DNA of 64,000 bases from an uncultured Bacillota bacterium (GCA_963804645.1 CAWDRG010000011.1:160001-224000), one strand, 5' to 3'. Counted from the first letter of the stretch, positions 50,789 through 59,769 are shown. A program made the numbers and translations. The notes: generated by a model not told the origin, from the sequence alone.

Positions 50789-51478
50789 ATGAAGTACGTC
50801 ACCGCGCGAGAGATCATGACTACGCCGGTCATCACCGTGCGACCCACGACCCCGATTCGCGACATCGCCGCGCTGATGCTCCACTCCGAAGTCAGCGGGC
50901 TGCCGGTCGTGGACAACGAGATGCACCTGCTCGGCCTCGTCACCGAGGACGACCTGCTGAGACGGGAGGAGGCACCGCTCGCGCAGCGCTCGGTCCTCTC
51001 CGAGCGCGCGCGCCCGCTGTGGCTCGAGCGGCTCCTGGAGCAGTATCAGGCGGCCGAGGCGGCGACGGCCCAGCAGCTGATGACGGCGTACGTCGAGACC
51101 GCCGACGAGGACACCCCGGCGCGCGACCTGGCGCGTCTCATGCTCAACCGGAAGCTGAACCGGGTGCTCATCCTTCGAAACGGCCGGCTCGTCGGCATCG
51201 TCACACGGGCCGACGTGCTCAAGGTGTTCGTGCGCAGCGATCAGGCGCTGGTCGATGCCGTGCGCGACACGCTGCGCCACGACCTCGATCTGGACCCGAC
51301 GCTCCTGACGATCACCTGCAAGAACGGCGTCGTCACGCTCGCGGGTGAGGTCGCCCGGCACTCGCAGCGCGCGCTCGCGATCAAGTGGCTGCGCACGATC
51401 GACGGGGTCGTCGGCGTCGACGCGGACGCGCTCACGTACCGCGTCGACGACCTGGCCCTCGGGCAGGTCGTCCGCTAG
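50789..51478 (+). CDS. CBS-pair + BON-domain protein
   Basis: VSGLPVVD, LVGIVTRADVL, NGVVTLAGEV...IDGVVGV; AGGAGG RBS. Confidence 0.9.
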   Translation: MKYVTAREIMTTPVITVRPTTPIRDIAALMLHSEVSGLPVVDNEMHLLGLVTEDDLLRREEAPLAQRSVLSERARPLWLERLLEQYQAAEAATAQQLMTAYVETADEDTPARDLARLMLNRKLNRVLILRNGRLVGIVTRADVLKVFVRSDQALVDAVRDTLRHDLDLDPTLLTITCKNGVVTLAGEVARHSQRALAIKWLRTIDGVVGVDADALTYRVDDLALGQVVR

Positions 51479-51497
51479 GCCCGGACCGTCCGATCCC

Positions 51498-54263
51498 ATG
51501 ACCGAGATCCGAGGAACGGCACCCCCCGGGGCGAAATCCAGCGGCATGACCGCCGCAGCCGCTCCGTATCCGTCGGGGCGTGAAACCGATGTCGTGCTCC
51601 GGGACGGCAGCACCGTCCACGTCCGCCCGATCAGGCCGGACGACGAGGCGCGCCTCCTGGAGTTGCTCCGCGGCCTCTCCGAAGAGGCGCGCGCGCAGCG
51701 GTTCTTCGGCACCACCTCCGACTCCGCGCTCGCGGCGTACGCCGCCCGGGCGGTGGTGGTGGACTACGTGCGCCGGTTCGGGCTGATCGCGATCGCGGGC
51801 GCCGCGGAACGCATCGTCGGGCACGGCTGCTACGACGCGAGCGCGGACGGCCAGGCCGAGGTCGCGTTCACCGTGGCCGATGAGTACCAGGGACACGGGC
51901 TCGGCACGATCCTGCTCGGCCATCTCGCGGAGATCGCCGCGCTCCACGGCATCCGGGTGTTCGAGGCGTTCGTCCTGCCGGACAACCGCCAGATGGCCGA
52001 TGTGTTCGCCAGCGCCGGGTTCCCGGTGCACACCGAGTTCACGGGGTATGAGCTGCGGGTCTCGTTTCCAACGTCGCTGACCGACGAGGCGCTCGACCGC
52101 TTCAACCGGCGGGATCAGATCGCCGCGGTCAACGCGCTCACGGCGTTCTTCGCCCCGCGCGGGGTCGCCGTGATCGGGGCCTCGCGGCGCCGGGGCACGA
52201 TCGGCGGGGAGTTGTTCCACAACCTCCTCACGTACGGCTTCGCGGGCCCGGTCTATCCGGTGAACCCCGAGGCGGCCGTCGTCCAGAGCGTGGTCGCCTA
52301 CCGGACGGTCGAGGAGATCCCAGGACCGGTGGACCTCGCGGTCATCGCGGTCCCGGCGTCCGCCGTCAGCGCCGCCGCGGAGGCGTGCGCCCGCAAACAG
52401 GTCCGGGCGCTCGTCGTCATCTCGTCCGGTTTCGCCGAGGTGGGGGAAGAAGGCCGCGCGCGGCAGGCCGAGTTGGTCCGCATCTGCGAGGAGACCGGGA
52501 TGCGGCTGATCGGCCCGAACTGCATGGGCATCGTCAATACCGATCCGGCGGTGCGGCTCAACGCGACGTTCGCGCAGCGGACGCCGCCGACCGGCCGGGT
52601 GGGATTTTCCTCCCAGAGCGGCGGACTCGGCCTCGCGATCATCGAGTACGCTCAGGCGCTGAATCTCGGCATCTCCACGTTCGTCTCCGCCGGCAACAAA
52701 GCGGACATCTCGGGCAACGACCTGCTCAACTACTGGGAATCCGACTCCAACACGGACGTGATCCTGCTCTACCTGGAATCGTTCGGCAACCCGCGCCGCT
52801 TCTCGCGGATCGCCCGCCGGGTCGCCCGCACGAAGCCGATCGTCGCGGTCAAGAGCGGCCGGTCGTCCGCGGGGGCCCGCGCGACCTCGTCCCACACCGG
52901 CGCGCTGCTGGCGGCCTCGGACACGACCGTCGACGCCCTGTTCCGGCAGGCCGGGGTGATCCGCACCGACACGCTGGAAGAGATGTTTGACGTCGCGACC
53001 CTGCTCGTGCACCAGCCGCCGCCGCCCGGCCGCCGCGTGGCGATCGTGACCAACGGCGGCGGCCCCGGGATCCTGTGCGCGGACGCCTGCGAGGCGCAGG
53101 GACTCACCGTGCCGGCGCTGGCCGCCGCGACGCAGGCGCGGCTCCGGGCGCTCCTGCCGCCGAACGCCAGCGTCCAGAATCCCGTCGACGTGATCGCGTC
53201 GGCCTCGGCCCAAAACTACCAGGACGCGCTCGAGGTGATTGTCGAGGACCCGGGCGTGGACGCGGTGATCGTCATCTTTATCCCGCCGCTCGTGACGCGC
53301 GCGGAAGACGTGGCGCAGGCGATCATCGCGGGCACGCGGGCCGTGCGCGGACGCAAGCCGGTGCTCACGGTGTTCATGTCGGCGCGCGGCGTCCCCGACG
53401 CGCTCACCGCGGCCGACGTCCGCATCCCCTCCTACACCTTTCCCGAGTCTGCGGCGATCGCGCTGGCCCGCGTCGCCCAGTACGGCGAGTGGCGCAACCG
53501 CCCGCTGGGCACCCCGCCGACCTTCGACGGCATCCGGCGGGAGGACGCCGCCGCGCTCGTCTCGGCGGCGCTCGGCCGGGGCGGTGGCTGGCTCACGCCC
53601 GAGGAATCGTACACGCTCCTCACCTGCTACGGGATTCCCGCCGCCGCGCAGCGTACCGCCGCGACGCCCGACGACGCTGCCCGCGCGGCGGACGAGATCG
53701 GCGGCGCGGTGGCGCTCAAGGCCGTGGGCGCGCAGATCCTCCACAAGAGCGAGTTGGGGGCCGTCCGTCTGGGCCTGCGCGGCGCCGCGGAGGTGCGCGC
53801 GGCCGCCGAGATGATGACCGCCTCGCTCACCGCCTCGGGCCATCCGCCGGACGGATTCCTGGTGCAGGCGATGACCGCGAGCGGCACAGAGATGATCGTC
53901 GGCGTGGTGCAGGACCCCCAGTTCGGAGCGGTCGTCGCCTGCGGAGCCGGCGGCACCCTCGTCGAGCTGATGCGCGACATGTCCGTGTGGCTCGCGCCGC
54001 TCGCGCGCGAGGACGCGGCGGACATGATCCGGTCCCTCCGCACGTATCCGCTGCTCACCGGGTTCCGGGGGCGCCCCGCGGCCGACGTCGCCGCGCTGGA
54101 AGACGTGCTCCTCCGGGTGAGCACCATGGCCGAGGATCTGCCCCAGATCATCGAGCTCGACTGCAACCCCGTGATCGTCCATCCGCACGGCGCCTCGGTC
54201 GTCGACGCGCGCATCCGGGTCGCGGCGACGGAACCGGCCTCGCTGCTGAAGCGCCGGGCGTAA
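51498..54263 (+). CDS. GNAT + NDP-forming acyl-CoA synthetase fusion (Pat-type protein lysine acetyltransferase architecture)
   Basis: LRDG.TVHVRPI and YQGHGLGT (GNAT); VIGAS, IGPNCMG, SQSG, GNKAD, SHTG; ATP-grasp HKSE.G.V...ELDCNP. Confidence 0.92.
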   Translation: MTEIRGTAPPGAKSSGMTAAAAPYPSGRETDVVLRDGSTVHVRPIRPDDEARLLELLRGLSEEARAQRFFGTTSDSALAAYAARAVVVDYVRRFGLIAIAGAAERIVGHGCYDASADGQAEVAFTVADEYQGHGLGTILLGHLAEIAALHGIRVFEAFVLPDNRQMADVFASAGFPVHTEFTGYELRVSFPTSLTDEALDRFNRRDQIAAVNALTAFFAPRGVAVIGASRRRGTIGGELFHNLLTYGFAGPVYPVNPEAAVVQSVVAYRTVEEIPGPVDLAVIAVPASAVSAAAEACARKQVRALVVISSGFAEVGEEGRARQAELVRICEETGMRLIGPNCMGIVNTDPAVRLNATFAQRTPPTGRVGFSSQSGGLGLAIIEYAQALNLGISTFVSAGNKADISGNDLLNYWESDSNTDVILLYLESFGNPRRFSRIARRVARTKPIVAVKSGRSSAGARATSSHTGALLAASDTTVDALFRQAGVIRTDTLEEMFDVATLLVHQPPPPGRRVAIVTNGGGPGILCADACEAQGLTVPALAAATQARLRALLPPNASVQNPVDVIASASAQNYQDALEVIVEDPGVDAVIVIFIPPLVTRAEDVAQAIIAGTRAVRGRKPVLTVFMSARGVPDALTAADVRIPSYTFPESAAIALARVAQYGEWRNRPLGTPPTFDGIRREDAAALVSAALGRGGGWLTPEESYTLLTCYGIPAAAQRTAATPDDAARAADEIGGAVALKAVGAQILHKSELGAVRLGLRGAAEVRAAAEMMTASLTASGHPPDGFLVQAMTASGTEMIVGVVQDPQFGAVVACGAGGTLVELMRDMSVWLAPLAREDAADMIRSLRTYPLLTGFRGRPAADVAALEDVLLRVSTMAEDLPQIIELDCNPVIVHPHGASVVDARIRVAATEPASLLKRRA

Positions 54264-54319
54264 CCTCGGCCGGACCGGGCGCCACCGACAGCGCGCCAGC
54301 GCGGGCATCGCCCTCCGTG

Positions 54320-54328
54320 TGGTATATT
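54320..54328 (+). promoter_or_regulatory. Extended -10 element of the kinase gene
   Basis: TG-G-TATATT ending 27 bp upstream of the ATG; no ATCSG motif at the 22-bp position. Confidence 0.5.
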
Positions 54329-54355
54329 GATGCGGACGGAAGAAGGTTGTGTCGC

Positions 54356-55540
54356 ATGCCGCTCGGAAACAAAACCGGGGTCTTTCGAAGCCTTTCCCAC
54401 GTCCTCAACCGGTCGTTCACGCTGCGGGAGGCTCTCGACGGCGCGCTGCCGCGCATCGTCGAGCTCGCGGAGGCCGACGCGGGCTGGATCTTCCTGCGCA
54501 ACGCCGAGACCGAGGCGTTTACCCTGGCCGCCGATGTCAATCTGCCGCCCTCCCTCCTCGTCGCCGGACGGCGGCGCATGGCGGGCGAATGCCGGTGCAT
54601 CCAGATGCTCCGGGACGGGATGCTGACGCAGCCGGTGAACCTGGTCGAGTGCCTCCGGCTGGAGCAGGCGCTGCCGAACTCGCCGGACCGGCACCAGCAC
54701 GCGACGATCCCGCTCTTGTCACAGAACGAAACTACGGTGGGGATCTTGAACCTGCTGCTGCCTCCCGAACGAACGCTGAGCGAAGCCGACCTCAACGTCC
54801 TCGAGGCGCTTGGGCACGAGGTCGCGGTCGCCGTGCAGCGCGCCCACCTGTTCGAAACGGTGCGCGACCGCGAGGCGACGACGCGGGAGTTGATGCAGCG
54901 CCTCATGACGTCCCAGGAGGAAGAGCGCAGGCGGATCGCGCAGGACCTGCACGACCACGCCGGGCAGATCATGACGGCGCTGATCATGCAGCTCACCCAC
55001 CTGATCGGACATCTGAGCACCACGGACACGCAGAAGCTCACCGGCGAACTGGAGCGCTTTCGGGGCATCGCCGAACAGGGTCTCGACGAGGTCCACAAGC
55101 TCGTGTACGACCTGCGGCCGCTCATCCTCGACGATCACGGGCTCGGCCCGGCGGTCACGTCCTACGTGGAAACGCACATCCGTCCCGCGGGGCTGGAGGT
55201 CGATTTCAGGACCGTGGGACTGGAGGGCCGGCTGCCCCAGGAAACTGAGATCGCGGCCTACCGGATCATCCAGGAGGCCGTCACGAACACCCTGCGCCAC
55301 GCGGAGGCGAAACGGCTCGAGATTCGGCTCGATCGACGCAAGGACTGGCTGATCGTCATGGTGCGGGATGACGGCAAGGGATTTGACGTCGAGGACACGC
55401 CGCGCGCTTCAAAGAGCCTCGGCCTTCACGGGATGCGTGAGCGGGCCGAACTGCTGGGCGGGACGCTGCAGGTGCTGTCGGTGCCGGGCGCCGGGACCAC
55501 GATCCTTACGCGGCTCCCGTTCCTCACGCGTTCCGCCTGA
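54356..55540 (+). CDS. Cytoplasmic GAF-domain sensor kinase (HisKA_3, AirS/YhcY-like)
   Basis: No TM; GAF with C-x-C-x17-C and HATIPL; EERRRIAQDLHD, QEAVTN..RHA, DDGKGF and LGL.GMRER. Confidence 0.9.
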   Translation: MPLGNKTGVFRSLSHVLNRSFTLREALDGALPRIVELAEADAGWIFLRNAETEAFTLAADVNLPPSLLVAGRRRMAGECRCIQMLRDGMLTQPVNLVECLRLEQALPNSPDRHQHATIPLLSQNETTVGILNLLLPPERTLSEADLNVLEALGHEVAVAVQRAHLFETVRDREATTRELMQRLMTSQEEERRRIAQDLHDHAGQIMTALIMQLTHLIGHLSTTDTQKLTGELERFRGIAEQGLDEVHKLVYDLRPLILDDHGLGPAVTSYVETHIRPAGLEVDFRTVGLEGRLPQETEIAAYRIIQEAVTNTLRHAEAKRLEIRLDRRKDWLIVMVRDDGKGFDVEDTPRASKSLGLHGMRERAELLGGTLQVLSVPGAGTTILTRLPFLTRSA

Positions 55541-55616
55541 GCCCCAGGCAACCCGGCCAGTCCCGCGTAGGAACGCGGGACCCCCCCGTAGGCCCGGGCG
55601 CTGTCTTCGCGTGGCC

Positions 55617-55802
55617 TCAGCTCGCCGGCCGCTCCGCGCCGGGCATTCTGGCCTCGGGCTTCGACACCGTCGCGGGGGGCGCTTCCTCGCCCGCCTCGCC
55701 GTAATAGCACTCCTCGCAGAACCGCATCACGATCCCGTCCCGTTCCAGTTCCTTGCGCACGGTGCGAAGGCCGCACTTCTCGCACGGCGATTGTGTCGTC
55801 AT
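55617..55802 (-). CDS. 61-aa CxxC...CxxC zinc-ribbon-like microprotein
   Basis: CEKC-x18-CEEC, GGGAGGT RBS and its own promoter motif. Confidence 0.75.
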   Translation of the reverse strand: MTTQSPCEKCGLRTVRKELERDGIVMRFCEECYYGEAGEEAPPATVSKPEARMPGAERPAS

Positions 55803-55864
55803 GGCCGGACCTCCCTGTGCTCGCGACTCTCACTTGACCCTACCATGGGACCCCGCCGACCGGC

Positions 55865-55882
55865 ATCGGGCCGACAGCCGAT
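55865..55882 (-). promoter_or_regulatory. Motif site upstream of the Zn-finger microprotein
   Basis: ATCGG CTGTCGGC CCGAT (identical to the 50573 site), 22 bp, then TAGGGT (55837-55842). Confidence 0.75.
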
Positions 55883-55967
55883 CTTCACCGCGATGGAACC
55901 CCGCCGACCGGGACGCAGGGCAGCGCGCCGTCCCGCGCGGTCTATCGTCTCAAGATCGGACCCGCAA

Positions 55968-55985
55968 ATCGGCTAGGCAACCGAT
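55968..55985 (+). promoter_or_regulatory. Motif site upstream of the CSP gene
   Basis: ATCGG CTAGGCAA CCGAT, 21 bp, then TACCGT (56007-56012). A possible second weak site lies at 55944-55961. Confidence 0.7.
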
Positions 55986-56050
55986 GCGAACCCGTCGGCC
56001 ATCGTCTACCGTAAAGGGGACGTGATGCGGATTCGCTGGAGGTCACGGCA

Positions 56051-56284
56051 ATGAACTCATCCGCGCCGGTACCGGCGCCACGAATCATCGGGACCGTCAC
56101 CTGGTACAACAAGGTGACTGGCTTCGGCTTTATCCGAGTCGAGGGCATGAGCGACGTGTTCGTGAACGAAGCCGCCATCGACGTCCCCGGCCGCCGGGTC
56201 CTGCGAGAAGGAGAAACCGTGGAGCTTGAGATCGTGAACCGCGACGGCCGGCGGGAGGCGACGCACGTCGTCCCGGTGAACTGA
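56051..56284 (+). CDS. Cold-shock-domain protein (degenerate)
   Basis: GTVTWYN...GFGFI...DVFV...L.EG..V; GGAGG RBS. Confidence 0.85.
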   Translation: MNSSAPVPAPRIIGTVTWYNKVTGFGFIRVEGMSDVFVNEAAIDVPGRRVLREGETVELEIVNRDGRREATHVVPVN

Positions 56285-56323
56285 AGGCACACCGGCGGGC
56301 CCAGGCGGCTACGCCGATGCGGC

Positions 56324-56363
56324 ACAATACAGCGCGCCCCGAGATTGGGGCGCGCTGTGTTGT
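56324..56363. terminator. Hairpin between convergent csp and usp (probable bidirectional terminator)
   Basis: 17-bp arms acaatacagcgcgcccc / ggggcgcgctgtgttgt with one G-U pair, 6-nt loop. Confidence 0.65.
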
Positions 56364-56373
56364 ACCGCGGGCC

Positions 56374-56793
56374 TCAGTGGACGATCAGCACCGGAACGCT
56401 CGCCCCGTGCAGCACCTGCTCGCTCACGCTGCCGAGAATCAGCCCTTGCACCCGGCCGCGGCCGCGACAGCCGACCACGATCAGGTCGGCGTGGACGCGC
56501 TTCGCCGTCTCGAGGATCGCCTGCGCCGGCTCGCCCTCCCGGGACACCGTGGTGACCCGGACGTGCGCGGTCGTGAACTGCTGCACGGCCTGGTCGAGAT
56601 ACCGGCGGCCCGCCTCCTCCAGCGACGCGTCGAGCGCGCCAAATTCCGCGCCGGCGCCGTACGCGAGGACCGGAATGTGCACGACGTGCACGACAACCAC
56701 CTCGGCGTTCGGCATGCCCGCGGTCAATCGGACCGCGAGCGCGACGGCGTGCTGCGCATGCGGAGATCCGTCAGTCGCGATGAGCAGACGCAT
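56374..56793 (-). CDS. Universal stress protein
   Basis: LIATDGS and VGCRGRG...ILGSVSEQVL...PVLIV. Confidence 0.94.
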   Translation of the reverse strand: MRLLIATDGSPHAQHAVALAVRLTAGMPNAEVVVVHVVHIPVLAYGAGAEFGALDASLEEAGRRYLDQAVQQFTTAHVRVTTVSREGEPAQAILETAKRVHADLIVVGCRGRGRVQGLILGSVSEQVLHGASVPVLIVH

Positions 56794-56838
56794 CCATCAC
56801 CCCCGCACCCCGCGTGTCGTCCCCGGCCTGCCGCGGCG

Positions 56839-57222
56839 TCACCGTCCGGCGCCCACCGGCGCGCGCTCGTGGAGGTTCAGGAACAACTGAATGATGTCGG
56901 CCGCGCTCACGATCCCGAGCACCCGTCCGGCCTCGACGACCGGCACGCGCCTGACCATCTGGTCCAGCATCAGCGCGGCGACCTCTTCGACGGGCGCGTC
57001 GGGAGCGACGGTCACCGGATCGGCGGTCATCACGTCACGGACGCGCTGGCCCAGTTTCGCCGAGAGATCGACGAAGCTCACCATGCCCACCATCTGCTGC
57101 CGATCGTCCACGACCGGAGCGCCGTGGATGCGGTAGTGGAGCAGAGCGTCCCGCGCCTCGATCACGGACGTCTCGGGCGCGAGGGTGACGACGTCACTGG
57201 TCATGATCTCCCGTACTTCCAT
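56839..57222 (-). CDS. Stand-alone CBS-pair protein
   Basis: VREIMTSDV, APVVD and VPVV...LGIVSAADI. Confidence 0.9.
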   Translation of the reverse strand: MEVREIMTSDVVTLAPETSVIEARDALLHYRIHGAPVVDDRQQMVGMVSFVDLSAKLGQRVRDVMTADPVTVAPDAPVEEVAALMLDQMVRRVPVVEAGRVLGIVSAADIIQLFLNLHERAPVGAGR

Positions 57223-57290
57223 GGCCACCACCCCTTCCGGTGCACTCCCGACCTGCGGCTTTACCCTAGCATCCGCGCGCGAGCCGGGGC

Positions 57291-57308
57291 ATCGGGTGTG
57301 GACCGGAT
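57291..57308 (-). promoter_or_regulatory. Motif site upstream of CBS-USP pair
   Basis: ATCCG GTCCACAC CCGAT, 22 bp, then TAGGGT (57263-57268). Confidence 0.75.
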
Positions 57309-57326
57309 TTCTCGGGGCGGGTCGGT

Positions 57327-58286
57327 CTAGACTCCAAATGTCCCTTCCAGCTCGAACAGCGCCGTGTCGAGCGCCCGCGTGCCCGCGAGCGCCTCTTCGA
57401 TCGCCATGAGGGTCACCCGCCCGTTCTGCAGACCTGCGACGACCCCCGACCGCCCGTCGAGCAGCGCCTGGGTCGCCGTCGCCGCCGACCGGCTCGCGAG
57501 AATCCGGTCGAACGCCGTGGGCGCGCCGCCGCGCTGAACGTGCCCAAGTACGGTCGCTCTGGTCTCGGCGCCCGTGCGCTCGGTCAACTGGCGCGCGAGC
57601 GAGGTTCCGCTGCCCGCGCCCTCCGCAATGACGATGATCGTGTGGGTCTTCTGCGCGCGCTGGCGCGCCTCGATCCGGGCGGCGACCGCGGCCAGCTCCC
57701 ACGGTGCCTCGGGCACGAGCACGATGTCCGCCCCCGTCGCCAGCGCGGCGTGCAGCGCCAGCCATCCGCACCCGCGGCCCATCGTCTCGACGATAAAGGT
57801 TCGTTCGTGCGACGACGCCGTGTCGCGAATCCGGTCGATCGCCTCGACGATCGTGTTCAGGGCCGTATCGGCGCCGATCGTGATGTCGAACGCGGCAAAG
57901 TCGTTGTCGATCGTCGACGCGACGCCGACGGCGTGCACGCCCCGCCCGTGCAGGGCCAGCACACCGGCCTGGCTCCCGTTGCCGCCGATCACCACGAGGC
58001 CGTCCACCCCGGCGCGCTGCAGCGCCGCGGCGCCCTCGGCCTGACCCGCCTCGGTCCGGAACGCGGGGCACCGCGCGGTATGCAGAACCGTCCCGCCCTC
58101 TTCGATGATCCCCCCGACGGAGTTGGAGCCCAGCGAGATCACATCGCCCTGGATCAACCCGATGTAGCCGCGCTGGATCCCGCACACTTCCACGCCGCGC
58201 GAGATCGCCACACGCACGGCCGCCCGGATCGCAGCGTTCATGCCCGGCGCGTCTCCGCCGCTGGTGAGCACCGCCATGCGCTTCAT
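57327..58286 (-). CDS. pfkA: ATP-dependent 6-phosphofructokinase
   Basis: TSGGDAPGMNAAIR, GGNGS, TIDND, ETMGR and LGHVQRGG. Confidence 0.95.
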   Translation of the reverse strand: MKRMAVLTSGGDAPGMNAAIRAAVRVAISRGVEVCGIQRGYIGLIQGDVISLGSNSVGGIIEEGGTVLHTARCPAFRTEAGQAEGAAALQRAGVDGLVVIGGNGSQAGVLALHGRGVHAVGVASTIDNDFAAFDITIGADTALNTIVEAIDRIRDTASSHERTFIVETMGRGCGWLALHAALATGADIVLVPEAPWELAAVAARIEARQRAQKTHTIIVIAEGAGSGTSLARQLTERTGAETRATVLGHVQRGGAPTAFDRILASRSAATATQALLDGRSGVVAGLQNGRVTLMAIEEALAGTRALDTALFELEGTFGV

Positions 58287-58319
58287 CGACCGGACCTCTC
58301 GGGCGCGCGCGGACGCCGG

Positions 58320-59030
58320 TTACGCAACGCGGCCCGCGCGGGCGCGTGCGTGCCGCGGCACGGATCCCTGGGCGCCCCGCAGGACGCCGCGGAGGTGTGT
58401 CCAGATGGCGCGCGCGACGGCCGAAGCGGCGGGCGCCGCTGGAACATCGATGACGCGCGCCTGCCGCCGCAGAAACCGGAGCATCGGGCCGGTCTCGCGG
58501 CGAAACCGGCGCAGGCGGCGCCGGACCACGACGGGGGTATCATCGGCACGGCCGCGGCCGAGCAGCCGCGGCACGAACACGCGGTCCGCGCCCCGAAGGT
58601 TGACGACGATGAGCGGGTTTGCGAGGCGCGCGGCCTGCAGCAGCCGGAGCAGCTCCTTGGCCTGCCCCAACGTCCGGGGATAGCCATCGAGGATCGCTCC
58701 GCGCTCGGCGATGGGCCGTCGCTCCTTCCGGAGCGCTGCCGCGACCTCCTCGCGCACCAAGCCGTTCGGCACGAGCCGCCCGGCCGCGACGTACCGCGCC
58801 ACCTGCCGCCCGAGCCGCGAGTGATGGCGGATCTCGCTACGGAGCTGTTCGCCGAGCGCGATATACACGAAGTGATGCCGCGCGGAGAGCAGCGCCGCCT
58901 GTGTCCCCTTGCCGGAGCCCGGCGCGCCGATCACCAGCACGATCGGGGACACCGGGCGCCCCTCGGGCCAACGCGCGGCGCGCACCGCGCCGCGCGCGAT
59001 TCGCGCGGGCGGCGTCGACGACCTTGCCAC
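58320..59030 (-). CDS. Adenylate/NMP kinase-family protein (short, LID-less, very Arg-rich)
   Basis: GAPGSGKGTQA, GRLVP, LDGYPR and RGRADD. Start 59030 has a GGAGGAGG RBS; alternative start 58952. Confidence 0.82.
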   Translation of the reverse strand: MARSSTPPARIARGAVRAARWPEGRPVSPIVLVIGAPGSGKGTQAALLSARHHFVYIALGEQLRSEIRHHSRLGRQVARYVAAGRLVPNGLVREEVAAALRKERRPIAERGAILDGYPRTLGQAKELLRLLQAARLANPLIVVNLRGADRVFVPRLLGRGRADDTPVVVRRRLRRFRRETGPMLRFLRRQARVIDVPAAPAASAVARAIWTHLRGVLRGAQGSVPRHARARAGRVA

Positions 59031-59209
59031 AGAGACCCCCTCCTCCCGTCTCGCTCGGCCGCGTGTCCCGGCGACACCGGATCGGGGGATCGACCCTCCC
59101 ACCGGGTTCCCGGCCGATGGCATGCGCAATACGCCGGTCGCGATGCGGCCGGCGCGCGGACGGCGAACGCCGCCGCCCGTGCGCGGCACCGGCACCGTCG
59201 GATGCCCGC

Positions 59210-59698
59210 CTAGTCGGCCTCGCCGGTCACGGCCACGACGACCTTGCGCCGCTCCACCGCCGGCCTCTTGGGCATCACGATCTCCAGGACGCCGTGGGAC
59301 AGCGTCGCGCGCACCTGCTCGGCCATGACATCGCCCGGCAGGGCGATCGTGCGCGCGAAACGTCCGGCGACGCGCTCATTCAGCAGCACCGCGCCCTCGC
59401 CGGCGACGGCGCGGGAGCCGCGGACCGACAGGATGGTGCCCTCGAGCGAGATCTCGACGTCCGATTCGCGCACGCCGGGAAGGTCCGCGGTCACGACGAA
59501 GGCGGTCTCCGTCTCGCAGACGTTCAGCGCCGCACCGTAGGACACGGCCTCGTCGACGAGCTGCGCGTCGCCGCGCAGTTGCTCGTCCATCCGCTGCACG
59601 CGGTCCCGCAGCGCCTCGAAATCCCGCCAGGGGTCCCAGCGGCCGGGATGCCACCACTGCATGCCAGGCTGCGCCGTCCGGATGTGAAGAAGCGCCAT
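59210..59698 (-). CDS. Hsp20/alpha-crystallin small heat-shock protein
   Basis: ADLPGV, ER..GRFARTIALP and ATLSHGVLEI.MPK. Confidence 0.93.
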   Translation of the reverse strand: MALLHIRTAQPGMQWWHPGRWDPWRDFEALRDRVQRMDEQLRGDAQLVDEAVSYGAALNVCETETAFVVTADLPGVRESDVEISLEGTILSVRGSRAVAGEGAVLLNERVAGRFARTIALPGDVMAEQVRATLSHGVLEIVMPKRPAVERRKVVVAVTGEAD

Positions 59699-59769
59699 CG
59701 GATCCCTCCCGCCTCACCAATGATCTCGCGAGTTCACCACACTCATACCATGCCGCCGCGGTCGCGGGC

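Noticed and set aside
57327..58286. PPi-dependent phosphofructokinase
   Set aside because: It has GGNGS and ASTIDND rather than the GGDD and PKTIDND signatures.
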